In this document: one piece after another, positions 20,075-29,879 of the stretch
How the letters are laid out: each line of letters starts with the position of its first letter
Position numbering within the stretch: the stretch's first letter is position 1
Assembly: GCA_965205015.1 (NCBI GenBank)
Contig: OZ242029.1
Span: forward strand, 3,296,001-3,360,000
Direction of reading: 5' to 3'
Length of the DNA: 64,000 nt
Source: Candidatus Poribacteria bacterium
GTDB lineage: Bacteria; Poribacteria; WGA-4E; WGA-3G
Translations under genes and position numbers: made by a program
The notes under the pieces: generated by a model
The model's database searches: none
The model's input: the letters and a program-made list of their open reading frames with translations, nothing else
What the model was told of the DNA's origin: nothing

Positions 20075-21520
20075 GTGCTTGACACCAAGGACCTACACCC
20101 TACAAATGTCCACATCAAGGTGCAGAATTTCGGGCCTATAGATCAGGCGGAGATAGATCTACGCCCTCTGACGGTGTTCGTGGGTGAGAGCAATACCGGT
20201 AAGACCTATCTTGCTGCGCTTATTTATGCATTGTACAGTAGTTTTGCTGGTTTCTCACGATTTCCTTGGTCTGACCATGATGTTTTGGACTTAAGACTAA
20301 CACAACGAGGGGTGCCGGCTTACGACGAGGCGGAAGAAATTAGGGCAGTTCTCGAAAAACTATGGAAAGATGCGTTACCGTACAAATTCTCAGATTTACC
20401 TCAAAGGATACGCACCCAACTGCAATCTGTCCTCAACACTCCTGAAATTTTCAGCAGTCAACTCATTCGTTGTTTTGATCTCAGTTCCGTTTCAGATCTG
20501 ATACGTTTCACCGCTCCCTCAGACGCTGAAATGCAGATTTCCCTGAGCGTTCGCGAAAAAGATCAAACCCTCTGGTCTGTTGAGGCGCGCGACTCTGGAT
20601 CAGGCATCACCATGGAGGGATGTATTAATGATGATCTGGAAATATATCCTGAAGAAATAGGGGGAGGCAGGGAAACACTCGGTATTTTAGATGTTACGTC
20701 ACTATTGCGTCATGAAATTCAAGATGGAGAAAAAACCTATTATCTGCCAGCCGCCCGGAGTGGTCTTATGCAAAGCCACGGGGTGATTGCGAGTGCCCTT
20801 ATAGAACGTGCGACTCGCACTGGTTTGGAAGGTTTCCTTGAGCCATCTACATTTTCGGGAATGATAGCGGACTTTCTACAAGCACTTATCCGCTATAAGG
20901 GACGTAGCGAATCCGAGGATCAGGTGAATGGTATTGCCAAAGCACTGGAAGACGACCTCCTCTGTGGACAGATAGAGGTCAAACGCCCTGTACCGGGGGG
21001 GTACCCGGAATTCCTATACCGTCCCCAGCAGACAAAACAGACTTTGAGGATGAGCCAAGTTTCAGCAATGGTATCTGAACTCGCACCTTTAGTTCTCTTT
21101 CTGCGCGGTGTTGTTTGCCCAGGGGATACACTGATTATTGAGGAACCTGAAGCCCATTTGCATCCCAGTGCCCAGACCCAAATCGCCCTTATCCTTGCCC
21201 GATTGGTTCGAGCCGGGGTCCGCGTGGTTATCACGACACATAGTGAATGGCTCCTCCAGCAAATTGGAAATCTGATTCGCGAAGGCGAAGTGATGCAGTT
21301 GGGAAAAAGTAACACAGTGCCCACAAATTGGCTGTTAAAAGACGAGGTGGGGGCATGGCGGTTCAGCGGAAACCGCAAACCTGTGGCAGAAATCCCGTTC
21401 GATCGCATTGAAGGCATAGAGCCGCAGGATTATTTCGACATTGCTGATAAACTTTATAATACTTTCGTTAAACTTGAACAACAGCTTCTCGACGAGGAAG
21501 CATCCAGTGCAATTGAGTAA
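20075..21520 (+). CDS. AAA_15/AAA_21-type ABC-like ATPase
   Basis: NFGPI, GESNTGKT, LPAARSG, IIEEPEAHLHP, ITTHS. Confidence 0.88.
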   Translation: MLDTKDLHPTNVHIKVQNFGPIDQAEIDLRPLTVFVGESNTGKTYLAALIYALYSSFAGFSRFPWSDHDVLDLRLTQRGVPAYDEAEEIRAVLEKLWKDALPYKFSDLPQRIRTQLQSVLNTPEIFSSQLIRCFDLSSVSDLIRFTAPSDAEMQISLSVREKDQTLWSVEARDSGSGITMEGCINDDLEIYPEEIGGGRETLGILDVTSLLRHEIQDGEKTYYLPAARSGLMQSHGVIASALIERATRTGLEGFLEPSTFSGMIADFLQALIRYKGRSESEDQVNGIAKALEDDLLCGQIEVKRPVPGGYPEFLYRPQQTKQTLRMSQVSAMVSELAPLVLFLRGVVCPGDTLIIEEPEAHLHPSAQTQIALILARLVRAGVRVVITTHSEWLLQQIGNLIREGEVMQLGKSNTVPTNWLLKDEVGAWRFSGNRKPVAEIPFDRIEGIEPQDYFDIADKLYNTFVKLEQQLLDEEASSAIE

Positions 21521-22004
21521 AGTTCTTGACGAAATTCGCGAGCGAGTCGGCGAAGAAAGCCTGACACATTCGTGTAGCGGCGGTGGATGTCGCGTGGACA
21601 TGACCGATGTTCCAAGCGACCGGATTGTAATAGATATGGATATAGCATTCAAGGCACACCAAAGGATAGGAAAACACTGTGACCGAGTTCTTTTTTACAT
21701 AGATACCGCTAAAAATAGCCTCGTTGTGGTTTTAATTGAGCTCAAAAGTGGTACTTTCAAAGTAACAGATGTCGCTCAACAGTTGCAACAGAGTATTGCC
21801 TTCGTCTCAACCTTAGTACCGAGAAATCTTAAGACTATCTGCATTCCGGTAGTGTTTCATGGTAAGGGGATTCACGCTGCGCAAGGGGCAAGATTCAAAG
21901 GTATCAGGGTACGCTTCCGTAACAAGGAATCTGTCATTCGGCGAAATAGATGTGGTGCCCCCAAGAACTTAGCGAATGTGCTGTCTGGATCCGGGAACCT
22001 CTAA
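21507..22004 (+). CDS. Hypothetical PD-(D/E)XK nuclease-like protein coupled to the ATPase
   Basis: KHCD...IELKSG....QLQ pattern; start (GTG 21507 or TTG 21513) overlaps the 3' end of the ATPase gene. Confidence 0.65.
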   Translation: MQLSKVLDEIRERVGEESLTHSCSGGGCRVDMTDVPSDRIVIDMDIAFKAHQRIGKHCDRVLFYIDTAKNSLVVVLIELKSGTFKVTDVAQQLQQSIAFVSTLVPRNLKTICIPVVFHGKGIHAAQGARFKGIRVRFRNKESVIRRNRCGAPKNLANVLSGSGNL

Positions 22005-22061
22005 TTTGAATCCCGACGAAAATGCTGTTATATAAACTTCAGATATTTTAAGAAAGAAACT

Positions 22062-23969
22062 ATGAAACAAATTTATGCATATGTTCTATGTTTTCTGTTT
22101 CTGTTTGATATTGCATGCAGCATCTCATCAGCACAAGAGGAGTGGATGCCGGATCCTATACTCAGGGGCGCAATTCGAGCAGAAATCGGATTGCTCGCAG
22201 CAGCTCCTTTAGCAAAAGAAAATATGCTGGGATTTGAATTTCTCAGTGTGGATAACAAAGGTATTTCTGATATAACGGGTTTGGAGTATGCGATGAATCT
22301 CAAAGAACTCCACATTAGCAGGAATCCAATAACAGACCTGCGTCCCTTAGCGAGTTTGACCCAACTTCGTGAGTTGCATTTCTGGCATGAAGAGTTCCAT
22401 CGAATAAACCTTGACCTCAGCCCGTTAGCAAACCTTATCAACCTCGAAGTTCTTTCTCTTCAAAGGAACGGCATTTCTGATATAAGTCCATTGGCTGGAT
22501 TAAAGAATCTTCGGCATTTACATATTATAGACAACACTATCTCAGATGTAAGTCCACTGGGAGGGTTGACGCATCTCAGAGAAGTCTGGATAACAGGCAA
22601 TCCGATCTTGGATATACATCCTCTTCTCGATTTAGATCTAACCGAATTTGAATACGATGAGATATGTAAGATTCCACGAACTGGATCCGCTGTTGATCGA
22701 ATTCAAAGTAGGCGTTTTCCATCTGTAGCTTTGTGGCCGTATCGCGATTCTATTGAAGAAGTCAGCCGGTATGATTATCTTTGGGGTCATTTCGAGATTC
22801 TTACGTTGAAGAGTTATTCCGCGCAATTCAGTGCTATTGTGGGGAACGTGGAGGAGGCAAAAGCAGTGCAGCAACGTTGGCGTGAACTGAATCCGAATAG
22901 CATATTTTTATTTCCTGTAAGCATAACATTTGCAGTAGGAAATGAATTTCCCGAAAATTCGGATGTTTGGTTCAGAGATGCAGCAGGTAAACGGGTCTCC
23001 TACGTTGAGGAAAGGTGGGGAGGGTGGCACGAATATGTATATGATATTACCCAAAAGCATGTTCAAGATAAACTTGTAGCACAGATCCTTTCGGTTGTAG
23101 AGTGTGGACTTTTTGATGGAATTGCAATAGATGGTTTAGGGGGTTATGGGACAGTTTACTTCCATAGGGTTTCTTATCCTGCAGCTGATGATGATATTAT
23201 TGAGGCTATCGGTCACATTCTCCGCGAGATTCGCTCGCGTGTACCAGAAGATTTCTTGATTGTTATTAATTCAAATCAAGGTAGACTTGAACGTTATGCG
23301 GAATATATCAACGGCAATGCGATGGAAGCGGATAAAGATCATCCGAACGGATACACACACGAGTGGCTTCAGGAACTGGACGGTTCGTTGCTTTGGCATG
23401 AAGAACATCTACGATTTCCACAAATTAACTGGTCGGAAGTCTTCCTTATTGAAGGCGAGCCTCCAGACAGTCCCGATAACCAAAGGTGGATACGTGTTTT
23501 CACAGCAAGAAGTATGACACACGCTGATGGATACGTCAGTGTTCATCATGAAACGTCTCATGTCGCTGGCGAAACGGAACTTTGGTATGATTTCTGGGAT
23601 GCCGATCTCGGACAACCTATTGGTGAAAAGGCACAACTTTACGAACACCGAGAAGGACTATTTATCCGTGAGTTCACCAACGGTTGGGCAGTCTATAACC
23701 GCAGTGGAAAACCGCAAGTGGTTCGCCTACCAGAACAGGCAACAGGTGTAGAAAGTGGTTTGCGTAACGCCCTTCACATTCTCCCCGATTTGGATGGCGA
23801 AATCTACCTGAAAAGAACAACCCATAGGCACGATGTGAACGGAGACGGTGTTGTGAATATTTTGGATTTGGTTGCGGTTGCCAGTGGATTCGGTACAGAT
23901 GCCCCAGACGTTAATGGCGATGGGCTCGTCAATATTTTGGATTTGGTTGCGGTCGCAAACGCCTTTTGA
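22062..23969 (+). CDS. Secreted internalin-like LRR protein with a putative glycoside-hydrolase-like TIM domain and C-terminal dockerin
   Basis: Signal peptide; repeats of NxISDISPLAGLxNLxxL; GLFDGIAIDG; two DVNGDGxVNILDLVAVA repeats. Confidence 0.8.
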   Translation: MKQIYAYVLCFLFLFDIACSISSAQEEWMPDPILRGAIRAEIGLLAAAPLAKENMLGFEFLSVDNKGISDITGLEYAMNLKELHISRNPITDLRPLASLTQLRELHFWHEEFHRINLDLSPLANLINLEVLSLQRNGISDISPLAGLKNLRHLHIIDNTISDVSPLGGLTHLREVWITGNPILDIHPLLDLDLTEFEYDEICKIPRTGSAVDRIQSRRFPSVALWPYRDSIEEVSRYDYLWGHFEILTLKSYSAQFSAIVGNVEEAKAVQQRWRELNPNSIFLFPVSITFAVGNEFPENSDVWFRDAAGKRVSYVEERWGGWHEYVYDITQKHVQDKLVAQILSVVECGLFDGIAIDGLGGYGTVYFHRVSYPAADDDIIEAIGHILREIRSRVPEDFLIVINSNQGRLERYAEYINGNAMEADKDHPNGYTHEWLQELDGSLLWHEEHLRFPQINWSEVFLIEGEPPDSPDNQRWIRVFTARSMTHADGYVSVHHETSHVAGETELWYDFWDADLGQPIGEKAQLYEHREGLFIREFTNGWAVYNRSGKPQVVRLPEQATGVESGLRNALHILPDLDGEIYLKRTTHRHDVNGDGVVNILDLVAVASGFGTDAPDVNGDGLVNILDLVAVANAF

Positions 23970-24263
23970 GTGTTCCTGCACCAGCAGGTTATGGCAAGTT
24001 GTTCAACCATCATACATGGTACGTCAATGTCACTCAGATACTTAATGCTTTTGACTTTGAAGTCCACTCGCGACCCAGGGAGCAAGCAGTTGCATTTGCT
24101 TCTGATGGCGTTTATCCTTGTTTGTTTCGCTCGCCAACCCGTGTGTTTTTTGCAAATTTGGATTTATGCTATAATGTTTATAGGAGGCTTGGTAGGACCA
24201 ATTTAGCAAAACTCATCAAATCATGTTCATGAAAACGCGTATTACGCGTAGGGAGATTAACCT

Positions 24264-25040
24264 ATGTTTCTCCGTTTGTTTGCATGGCTCTGTATTTTGA
24301 CGCTCGTTTTGAGTGTAATGGCTGTAGAAGCTGCTAAAATTGCTGTTATTGATTTTGCTGACGAGTGGACAAAGGTTGATGCGTTACGTCAGACCTTGGA
24401 TGCGTTCAAAGTTGAGTACGATGATCTGACAAAGGCCCTTGAAGGTGGAAAGTTACCTCTCAAAGCAGAAACTAAAATTTTTTTGATTGGTAGCATGCTG
24501 ACTAACAATCCTGGATTGCATCAAAATCTCGACAAGAACGCAAAAGTGATTCAGGATTTCGTCGAAAATGGCGGTATCGTCTGGGAACCGACCCAAGCTG
24601 ATCAGAACGAAGCGAATGTGGATTGGTTGCCGCCTGGATTGAGTTGTGTTCGTAGTGACCGTGATAGTCCCGTTTTTGAAATACTGCAAGCCGACCATCA
24701 GCTCTTTAACGAACCGAACCGTATGGATCAAAAAACGTTTGAAGGTTGGGGACATCAGGGCTGGCCGACTGTCTGGGAAGTCATCTCTTCTCAAAAGGGC
24801 TTTGATGTGCTGATGGAAAGTTTAGGGCAACCTGTCATTATGGAAGCGGAATTCGGGAAAGGGAAGTTCCTGATGATGGCAATTGCTCCTGATAAATACT
24901 ATATCGCGGGTAACGATGACAACACGAAAGACATGGCAAAACTTTTCATGGAGAATTTGCTGTTCCATGTCGAAGAATTTGCCGCTATCGAAGCAGATAG
25001 TAAACTCACAACAATGTGGGCGAATCTGAAAATCTGGTAG
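24264..25040 (+). CDS. Secreted hypothetical protein (GATase-like fold?) with a KLTTMWANLK C-terminal motif
   Basis: Signal peptide; FVENGG; tail EADSKLTTMWANLKIW. Confidence 0.7.
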   Translation: MFLRLFAWLCILTLVLSVMAVEAAKIAVIDFADEWTKVDALRQTLDAFKVEYDDLTKALEGGKLPLKAETKIFLIGSMLTNNPGLHQNLDKNAKVIQDFVENGGIVWEPTQADQNEANVDWLPPGLSCVRSDRDSPVFEILQADHQLFNEPNRMDQKTFEGWGHQGWPTVWEVISSQKGFDVLMESLGQPVIMEAEFGKGKFLMMAIAPDKYYIAGNDDNTKDMAKLFMENLLFHVEEFAAIEADSKLTTMWANLKIW

Positions 25041-25108
25041 ATGGGATATTAGGCATTATTGTAACCTCCAGGTCTTCAACGATCTGCCGGACGCTGCAAC
25101 TTGTTTGA

Positions 25109-25138
25109 GGTAGGGCGGATATGGAGATCCGCCCTTAC
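25109..25138. terminator. GTAG REP-like hairpin between convergent genes
   Basis: GTAGGGCGGATATGGAGATCCGCCCTTAC. Confidence 0.6.
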
Positions 25139-25149
25139 AAACTAAATCC

Positions 25150-26409
25150 CTAACTCCACAATCTATCGTGCGAGCGTTCAGAATCCCATTCTGTCGTCGG
25201 TGCGAAGTAGTCCGTTTCCTCTGCGTGGAGATGCTCCCGAATGACCTCTTCGTTAAGATCGATACCTAACCCCGGGCTTTCTGGAACATTGATATAGCCG
25301 TCTTGGATAATCGGATTTGGTAAACCCGTTACCATTTCATCCCACCACGGATTGTCAACGGAGTGGTTCTCCAGCACCAAGAAGTTTGATGTTGCTGCGG
25401 CGCAGTGGACACTCGCCATTGCACAGATGGGCGTGCCTGCCATGTGCATAGCCATCGCAATGCCGTGGTCTTCTGCTAAATCCCCGATCTTCTTCGTCTC
25501 TAAAATCCCGCCCGATGTCGCAATATCCGGGTGCGCTATGGCAATCCCTCGGCTCTCGAACAGCGGCATGAAATCCTCTTTGCAATAGATGTCCTCACCT
25601 GTGCAGATGGGTGTCGCGCACGAATTCGAGAGACGCACATACTGATCGGTATACTGCCACGGCACCATATCCTCTAACCACGCGAGATTGTATTTCTCCA
25701 AGGCTCTGGCGAGACGGATACAGTCCTCAATACCGATATGCCCAAAATGATCCACCGCGAGCGGTATCTCATAACCGATAATGTCCCGAACGGTTTCCAC
25801 GTATTCGCACAATATAGCAATACCTTTTTCAGTGAGGCGGATACCGGTAAAGGGATGCATCAGGTTAGAGGTGTCTAAATTTCCTGCAGGTGCAGAGATT
25901 GTGCCGGGCGTTCCGCGAAGCAACCCAACGCCGATGTCCATCTTCAGAAAGGTGAACCCTCTATCCATGCGCTCTTGGAGGACTTTCCCCATTTCTTCAG
26001 GGTCTCTGAAGGACGGTGTATCGCTATAGCATCGGATTTTGTCCCGGAATTTACCGCCAGCGAGTTGATAACATGGCACACCATAAGCCTTTCCAGCCAG
26101 ATCCATCAGTGCCATCTCAATCCCGCAGATACCGCCACCTTGCCGAGCGTGGTGGCCGAACTGCTTAATCTGTCGAAAGATTTTATCAACGTTACACGGG
26201 TTCTCGCCGATGATACGGCTTTTGAGCATCAACGCGTACGTCGGACTCGCGCCATCGCGGACTTCGCCGAGACCGTGAATGCCTTGATTCGTGTCCAGTT
26301 TCAAAATGGGACCGCCCGTTTGGGTCCGAACGATACGCATATCGGTAATTTGTAGTGCCGAAGGTTGAGAAGCCGTCCTGACATTTGAGAGTATCTGTTG
26401 ATCTTCCAT
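25150..26409 (-). CDS. Mandelate racemase/muconate lactonizing enzyme family protein
   Basis: EMALMDLAGK, FLKMD, WLED, TGED, LENH. Confidence 0.9.
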   Translation of the reverse strand: MEDQQILSNVRTASQPSALQITDMRIVRTQTGGPILKLDTNQGIHGLGEVRDGASPTYALMLKSRIIGENPCNVDKIFRQIKQFGHHARQGGGICGIEMALMDLAGKAYGVPCYQLAGGKFRDKIRCYSDTPSFRDPEEMGKVLQERMDRGFTFLKMDIGVGLLRGTPGTISAPAGNLDTSNLMHPFTGIRLTEKGIAILCEYVETVRDIIGYEIPLAVDHFGHIGIEDCIRLARALEKYNLAWLEDMVPWQYTDQYVRLSNSCATPICTGEDIYCKEDFMPLFESRGIAIAHPDIATSGGILETKKIGDLAEDHGIAMAMHMAGTPICAMASVHCAAATSNFLVLENHSVDNPWWDEMVTGLPNPIIQDGYINVPESPGLGIDLNEEVIREHLHAEETDYFAPTTEWDSERSHDRLWS

Positions 26410-26532
26410 TTTTTTAATTATTCCTTGCGGGGTAATGAAGTGGGTTCACGTTTGATGTCCCTTTCTCTTGGTCCGCCCGCGCCGTTGTTGCGGGCTGCTT
26501 TCTTAAGTTAATTTTCATTCCGGACAGACAAA

Positions 26533-27297
26533 CTATACACCCCTTTCTGATGTGATTTTGAGCGCGGTATCCAGTATTGTTAGATGGAGTGCTACGCGTT
26601 GTTCCAGTTGCCAGACTGTTGGTGTCTCAGAGATGATAACATGTTCACTGTGAAAATGCAATAGGTAAGGGGTCAAGCCTTGGGTGCCCCATGCGGTGGC
26701 AACTTTGTAGACACCTTCAGCGAGATCAGGAGCATCTTCACCCGGATCCTCGGGATCTATTGGACCCATTGCTTTGCCAGCGGTGGCGAGTTTGGGACCA
26801 ATATATTTCTCGTCCCGTTTGCCCTCGTATAAGTAAAACCCGGTCGCATCGTAGTCTTCGTGGAAATCTATCGCGAGTGAGAATTGCGTTTGACCTAAGG
26901 CTTTTTTGACGATAGCCACTTCGGGAACATCTTCCGTTTCAAAAGCACGATTGATGTCTATGCCGTCAAGCGTTTCACGCGTGTTATGAACATAGCCATA
27001 GGGATTAATGCACGGGATCACTAAAAACGAGAAGTTTTTCAGGAGTGCGGTGTTATCGCGCGCAAGGAACTGTAAAACCGCTTCAACACCAGCGGGTTCG
27101 TCGCCGTGCATACCACCAGTGATAAGAACGTGTTTCTGTGTCTCTTCCGAAGACGCTAAGTGGATTTGATATATCGGGTAAGTGTGGACGGTGCCGAGTC
27201 GTTCTATTGGTATATCTAAGTTTTTTAAACGTTCGGTAATTTCAGCGTAATCGCGCAAACTTTGAGCTCCTTGATAAGATCGATGAAGGATATACAC
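26533..27297 (-). CDS. M14 metallocarboxypeptidase / succinylglutamate desuccinylase family
   Basis: GMHGDEPAG, NPYG, DINRAF, DFHED, ETP. Confidence 0.88.
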   Translation of the reverse strand: MYILHRSYQGAQSLRDYAEITERLKNLDIPIERLGTVHTYPIYQIHLASSEETQKHVLITGGMHGDEPAGVEAVLQFLARDNTALLKNFSFLVIPCINPYGYVHNTRETLDGIDINRAFETEDVPEVAIVKKALGQTQFSLAIDFHEDYDATGFYLYEGKRDEKYIGPKLATAGKAMGPIDPEDPGEDAPDLAEGVYKVATAWGTQGLTPYLLHFHSEHVIISETPTVWQLEQRVALHLTILDTALKITSERGV

Positions 27298-27415
27298 ATA
27301 GCATATCGCAAAACGGATCGGCGTGCAATCGCTTTTTCAAATCGATTTTCTGTTTGACAATTACTGCCTTTTCTGATAGAATTTTACTAAACCCATATTC
27401 TAGAGGACGTAAAAG

Positions 27416-27748
27416 ATGCTGACCGAAGTTGAACTTTACGATGCCGCCCTGACTCATTTTGCTGAAAACGACCTCGAAGCGGCTGTTAAGGCTTTTAAAA
27501 AATTGATTGAAACTTACCCAGACTATATTGAAGGATTCCTTGGGCTTGGACACGCCTACGAACGGATGAGTCTATACGATGAAGCCATTGAGGCGATCCA
27601 GCGGGCGATAGAAATCAACCCCAAGGACCCGCTTGTCTATACCAGTCTATCTATGTGTTACCAACGAAAAGGGATGATCCAAGAAGCAGAAGACGCGATG
27701 GCAAAATCGCAGGCGTTGCAGATAGAAGCATCCCGTTCATCTACATGA
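27416..27748 (+). CDS. TPR protein
   Basis: Tandem TPR helices (LGLGHAY...AIEINP); TTGACA-17-TAGAAT promoter at 27354-27382. Confidence 0.85.
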   Translation: MLTEVELYDAALTHFAENDLEAAVKAFKKLIETYPDYIEGFLGLGHAYERMSLYDEAIEAIQRAIEINPKDPLVYTSLSMCYQRKGMIQEAEDAMAKSQALQIEASRSST

Positions 27749-27808
27749 TAGTTTAAAGGGTTGACGAGGTTAGAAACCTCGCCAGCGAAGGAATATTGAG
27801 GTTTTCCT

Positions 27809-28345
27809 ATGCCAAATACGACTTTACTCGATCCAACCTCTCAAGGCGATGCATCGGCGAAATTTCTCGCGCCGCGGCTTGAAAGCCTTGATGGAAAAGT
27901 GATGGGCTTATTGAACATCACCAAAAACGGCAGTGATATCTTCCTTGACCGCATTGCTGAATTAATGCAGGAGCGATATGAGCTTGCTGAAGTGATCCAC
28001 GTCAAAAAACCGACGTTCACGCGTCCCGCGCCGACAGAACTGCTCGTCGAGCTGGCGGAGCAAGTAGATTTCGTCATTGAAGGGCTTGCTGACTGAGGGT
28101 CTTGTATATCGTGCAGTATGCACGATGGAAGTGCCTTAGAGGAGCGCGGGGTCCCAAGCATCGCGGTTTGTACGGAGGTCTTCTTCGCCGCAGGCAAAGT
28201 GCAGGCGCGGGTTCTCGGTCATAGTGATTTAGAACCGCTCACCGTTTCCCATCCGATCCAGAGTCTGACACCGGATCAGATTCGGGAGCGGGCAGAGGGT
28301 GCCGTGGAAGAAATCGTTGCGCGGTTGACAAAGAACGGTGAATAA
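27809..28345 (+). CDS. UGSC family selenoprotein (UGA at 28094-28096 read as Sec)
   Basis: Two in-frame ORFs joined by GLAD-U-GSCISC-SMHD; 178 aa; SECIS-like hairpin just downstream of the UGA. Confidence 0.88.
28108..28126 (+). promoter_or_regulatory. Putative bacterial SECIS element
   Basis: ATCGTGCA-GTA-TGCACGAT stem; apical G lies 20 nt after the UGA. Confidence 0.7.
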
Positions 28346-28433
28346 GTCGTAATTTATCTGAAACTGAAAACGCTGTAAGGTATAGTGGTAGGCACACTCC
28401 GTTGTGCCGTGACAAGAAATACCCTACAGCGTT

Positions 28434-28910
28434 TTATATTTTAAACTGCAACGTCATCGACTCACCCGGTTTCAGATCGTGCCACTTCTGTAACAGGGCT
28501 TGCAGCTTTTGCTGCATAGTCTCAAGCTGCGCATCTGCGATCTTCACTGGCAGTAGTGCCCCGTAATCGCGAAGCAGTTCGCAACAGTCTGCATTCCCTC
28601 TTAAACTCTCCAACAAATCTGTCTGTAGGAGTCCGACGATTACCTCAGTATTTAGTGCTTCTTCGGGAATTTCAAAAGGACGTTCCGCTTTAGGTTGGTT
28701 GAAATCAGGGATGTCGTATCCTTTTGCTATGAGACCCAAAAAGGCGTTTTCAAGCCCGAGTGTCGTTTCGACAACGTAGTGTGCCAAATCCTGGAGCGCA
28801 AACTCGCGATGGAGGTATGTCCACGTAACACTACCGTCGTCCCGAATACAGGTAAGCGTGTCGGGTTTGTGTTTCGACCGGTTTTTCCCCTTTTTGAAAC
28901 GGATAACCAT
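28434..28910 (-). CDS. Hypothetical protein
   Basis: 158-aa ORF with DLAHYVVE motif; directly downstream of the LamG gene. Confidence 0.7.
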   Translation of the reverse strand: MVIRFKKGKNRSKHKPDTLTCIRDDGSVTWTYLHREFALQDLAHYVVETTLGLENAFLGLIAKGYDIPDFNQPKAERPFEIPEEALNTEVIVGLLQTDLLESLRGNADCCELLRDYGALLPVKIADAQLETMQQKLQALLQKWHDLKPGESMTLQFKI

Positions 28911-28916
28911 TTTTAA

Positions 28917-29705
28917 TTATTCCTTCTTCAACCGTCCCCACACCGTTGCGAGTTTACCACGCGCTTCAACATCGAGCGTGTTCTCAACCAAACTGTTAAT
29001 CTCTTTTTTGCTGAGCGCAGCGTTGTAGATTCTCGCATCTTCCACCCGCGCGACGACCCAACCGTAGGCAGTGCCACCGATGAGTGCCCGCGGACCGAAA
29101 AGTGCTTCTACATCACCGGCTTCCCAAGATACGATCGGTCCCATGGTATAACCGCCGATACGATCACCGTTCCTATATATCGTAATTTTGGCATTTCCAC
29201 CCTCGTCTTCATACGAAATCGCCAATTGGATTAACTTCCCTGTCTCTTTTTCCTCAAATCCAGGAATTGCATCCTGAGTGCGTCTAAAAAAGCTGCTGCC
29301 AGCCATCCAACGTTTCGGTTGACGTTCGGCATAGACGATGGCGTCAAAGGTATCCGCGCTGCTTTTATTGACCGCCAGCGTGGCACCTCTTGTGACGTTC
29401 AGATTGTCTAAGTAGAGCCACGTTACCAATGTTTTATCGGGACCAATGTCAGGTCCTTTATAGCCTGTCGTCATTGCCCACTCGTTGCTGCCGATATGCA
29501 ATTTTCCGTCCTTCACATCGGCCCCCAGGAGATCAATATCGCTAAAGTGTCCCGTCAGGTCCTCTAATTCGACACCTTTCTCGAAGCTCCAATGCCCAAT
29601 CAAATCTTCCTTTTTTTCTCCCTGCCCTAACGCTGGTGCCACTATATTTCCGAGCAGAAACAGTGCCAAAAAGCTCAACGCGAAATAACGCCCGAAATGT
29701 ATCAT
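28917..29705 (-). CDS. Secreted LamG-like jellyroll protein with a GKLATVWGRLK C-terminal motif
   Basis: Signal peptide, LIGHWSFE, RIYNAALS..EI, tail DVEARGKLATVWGRLKKE. Confidence 0.8.
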   Translation of the reverse strand: MIHFGRYFALSFLALFLLGNIVAPALGQGEKKEDLIGHWSFEKGVELEDLTGHFSDIDLLGADVKDGKLHIGSNEWAMTTGYKGPDIGPDKTLVTWLYLDNLNVTRGATLAVNKSSADTFDAIVYAERQPKRWMAGSSFFRRTQDAIPGFEEKETGKLIQLAISYEDEGGNAKITIYRNGDRIGGYTMGPIVSWEAGDVEALFGPRALIGGTAYGWVVARVEDARIYNAALSKKEINSLVENTLDVEARGKLATVWGRLKKE

Positions 29706-29879
29706 CGTTGTGTCCTCCGTTGTTGATGCTGGTTGAGAATTACACGATCACTGGATAAACAGAAATGTTCTTGATGCGGTGAGCGCCCATAAGAGATCCT
29801 CAACCCCTGAACGAGGTTTCGGACTCTCTACAATGTATGCCTCAGTCGTTTCGAAGCGCTGTCTTCTTCAATATGTGTC

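Noticed and set aside
23966-24232. Short ORFs between the LRR gene and the next gene
   Set aside because: No recognisable motifs or RBS; several overlapping frames are equally unconvincing
27809-28345. Pseudogene, or two separate small genes
   Set aside because: An in-frame TGA in a UGSC context with a SECIS-like hairpin favours selenocysteine recoding
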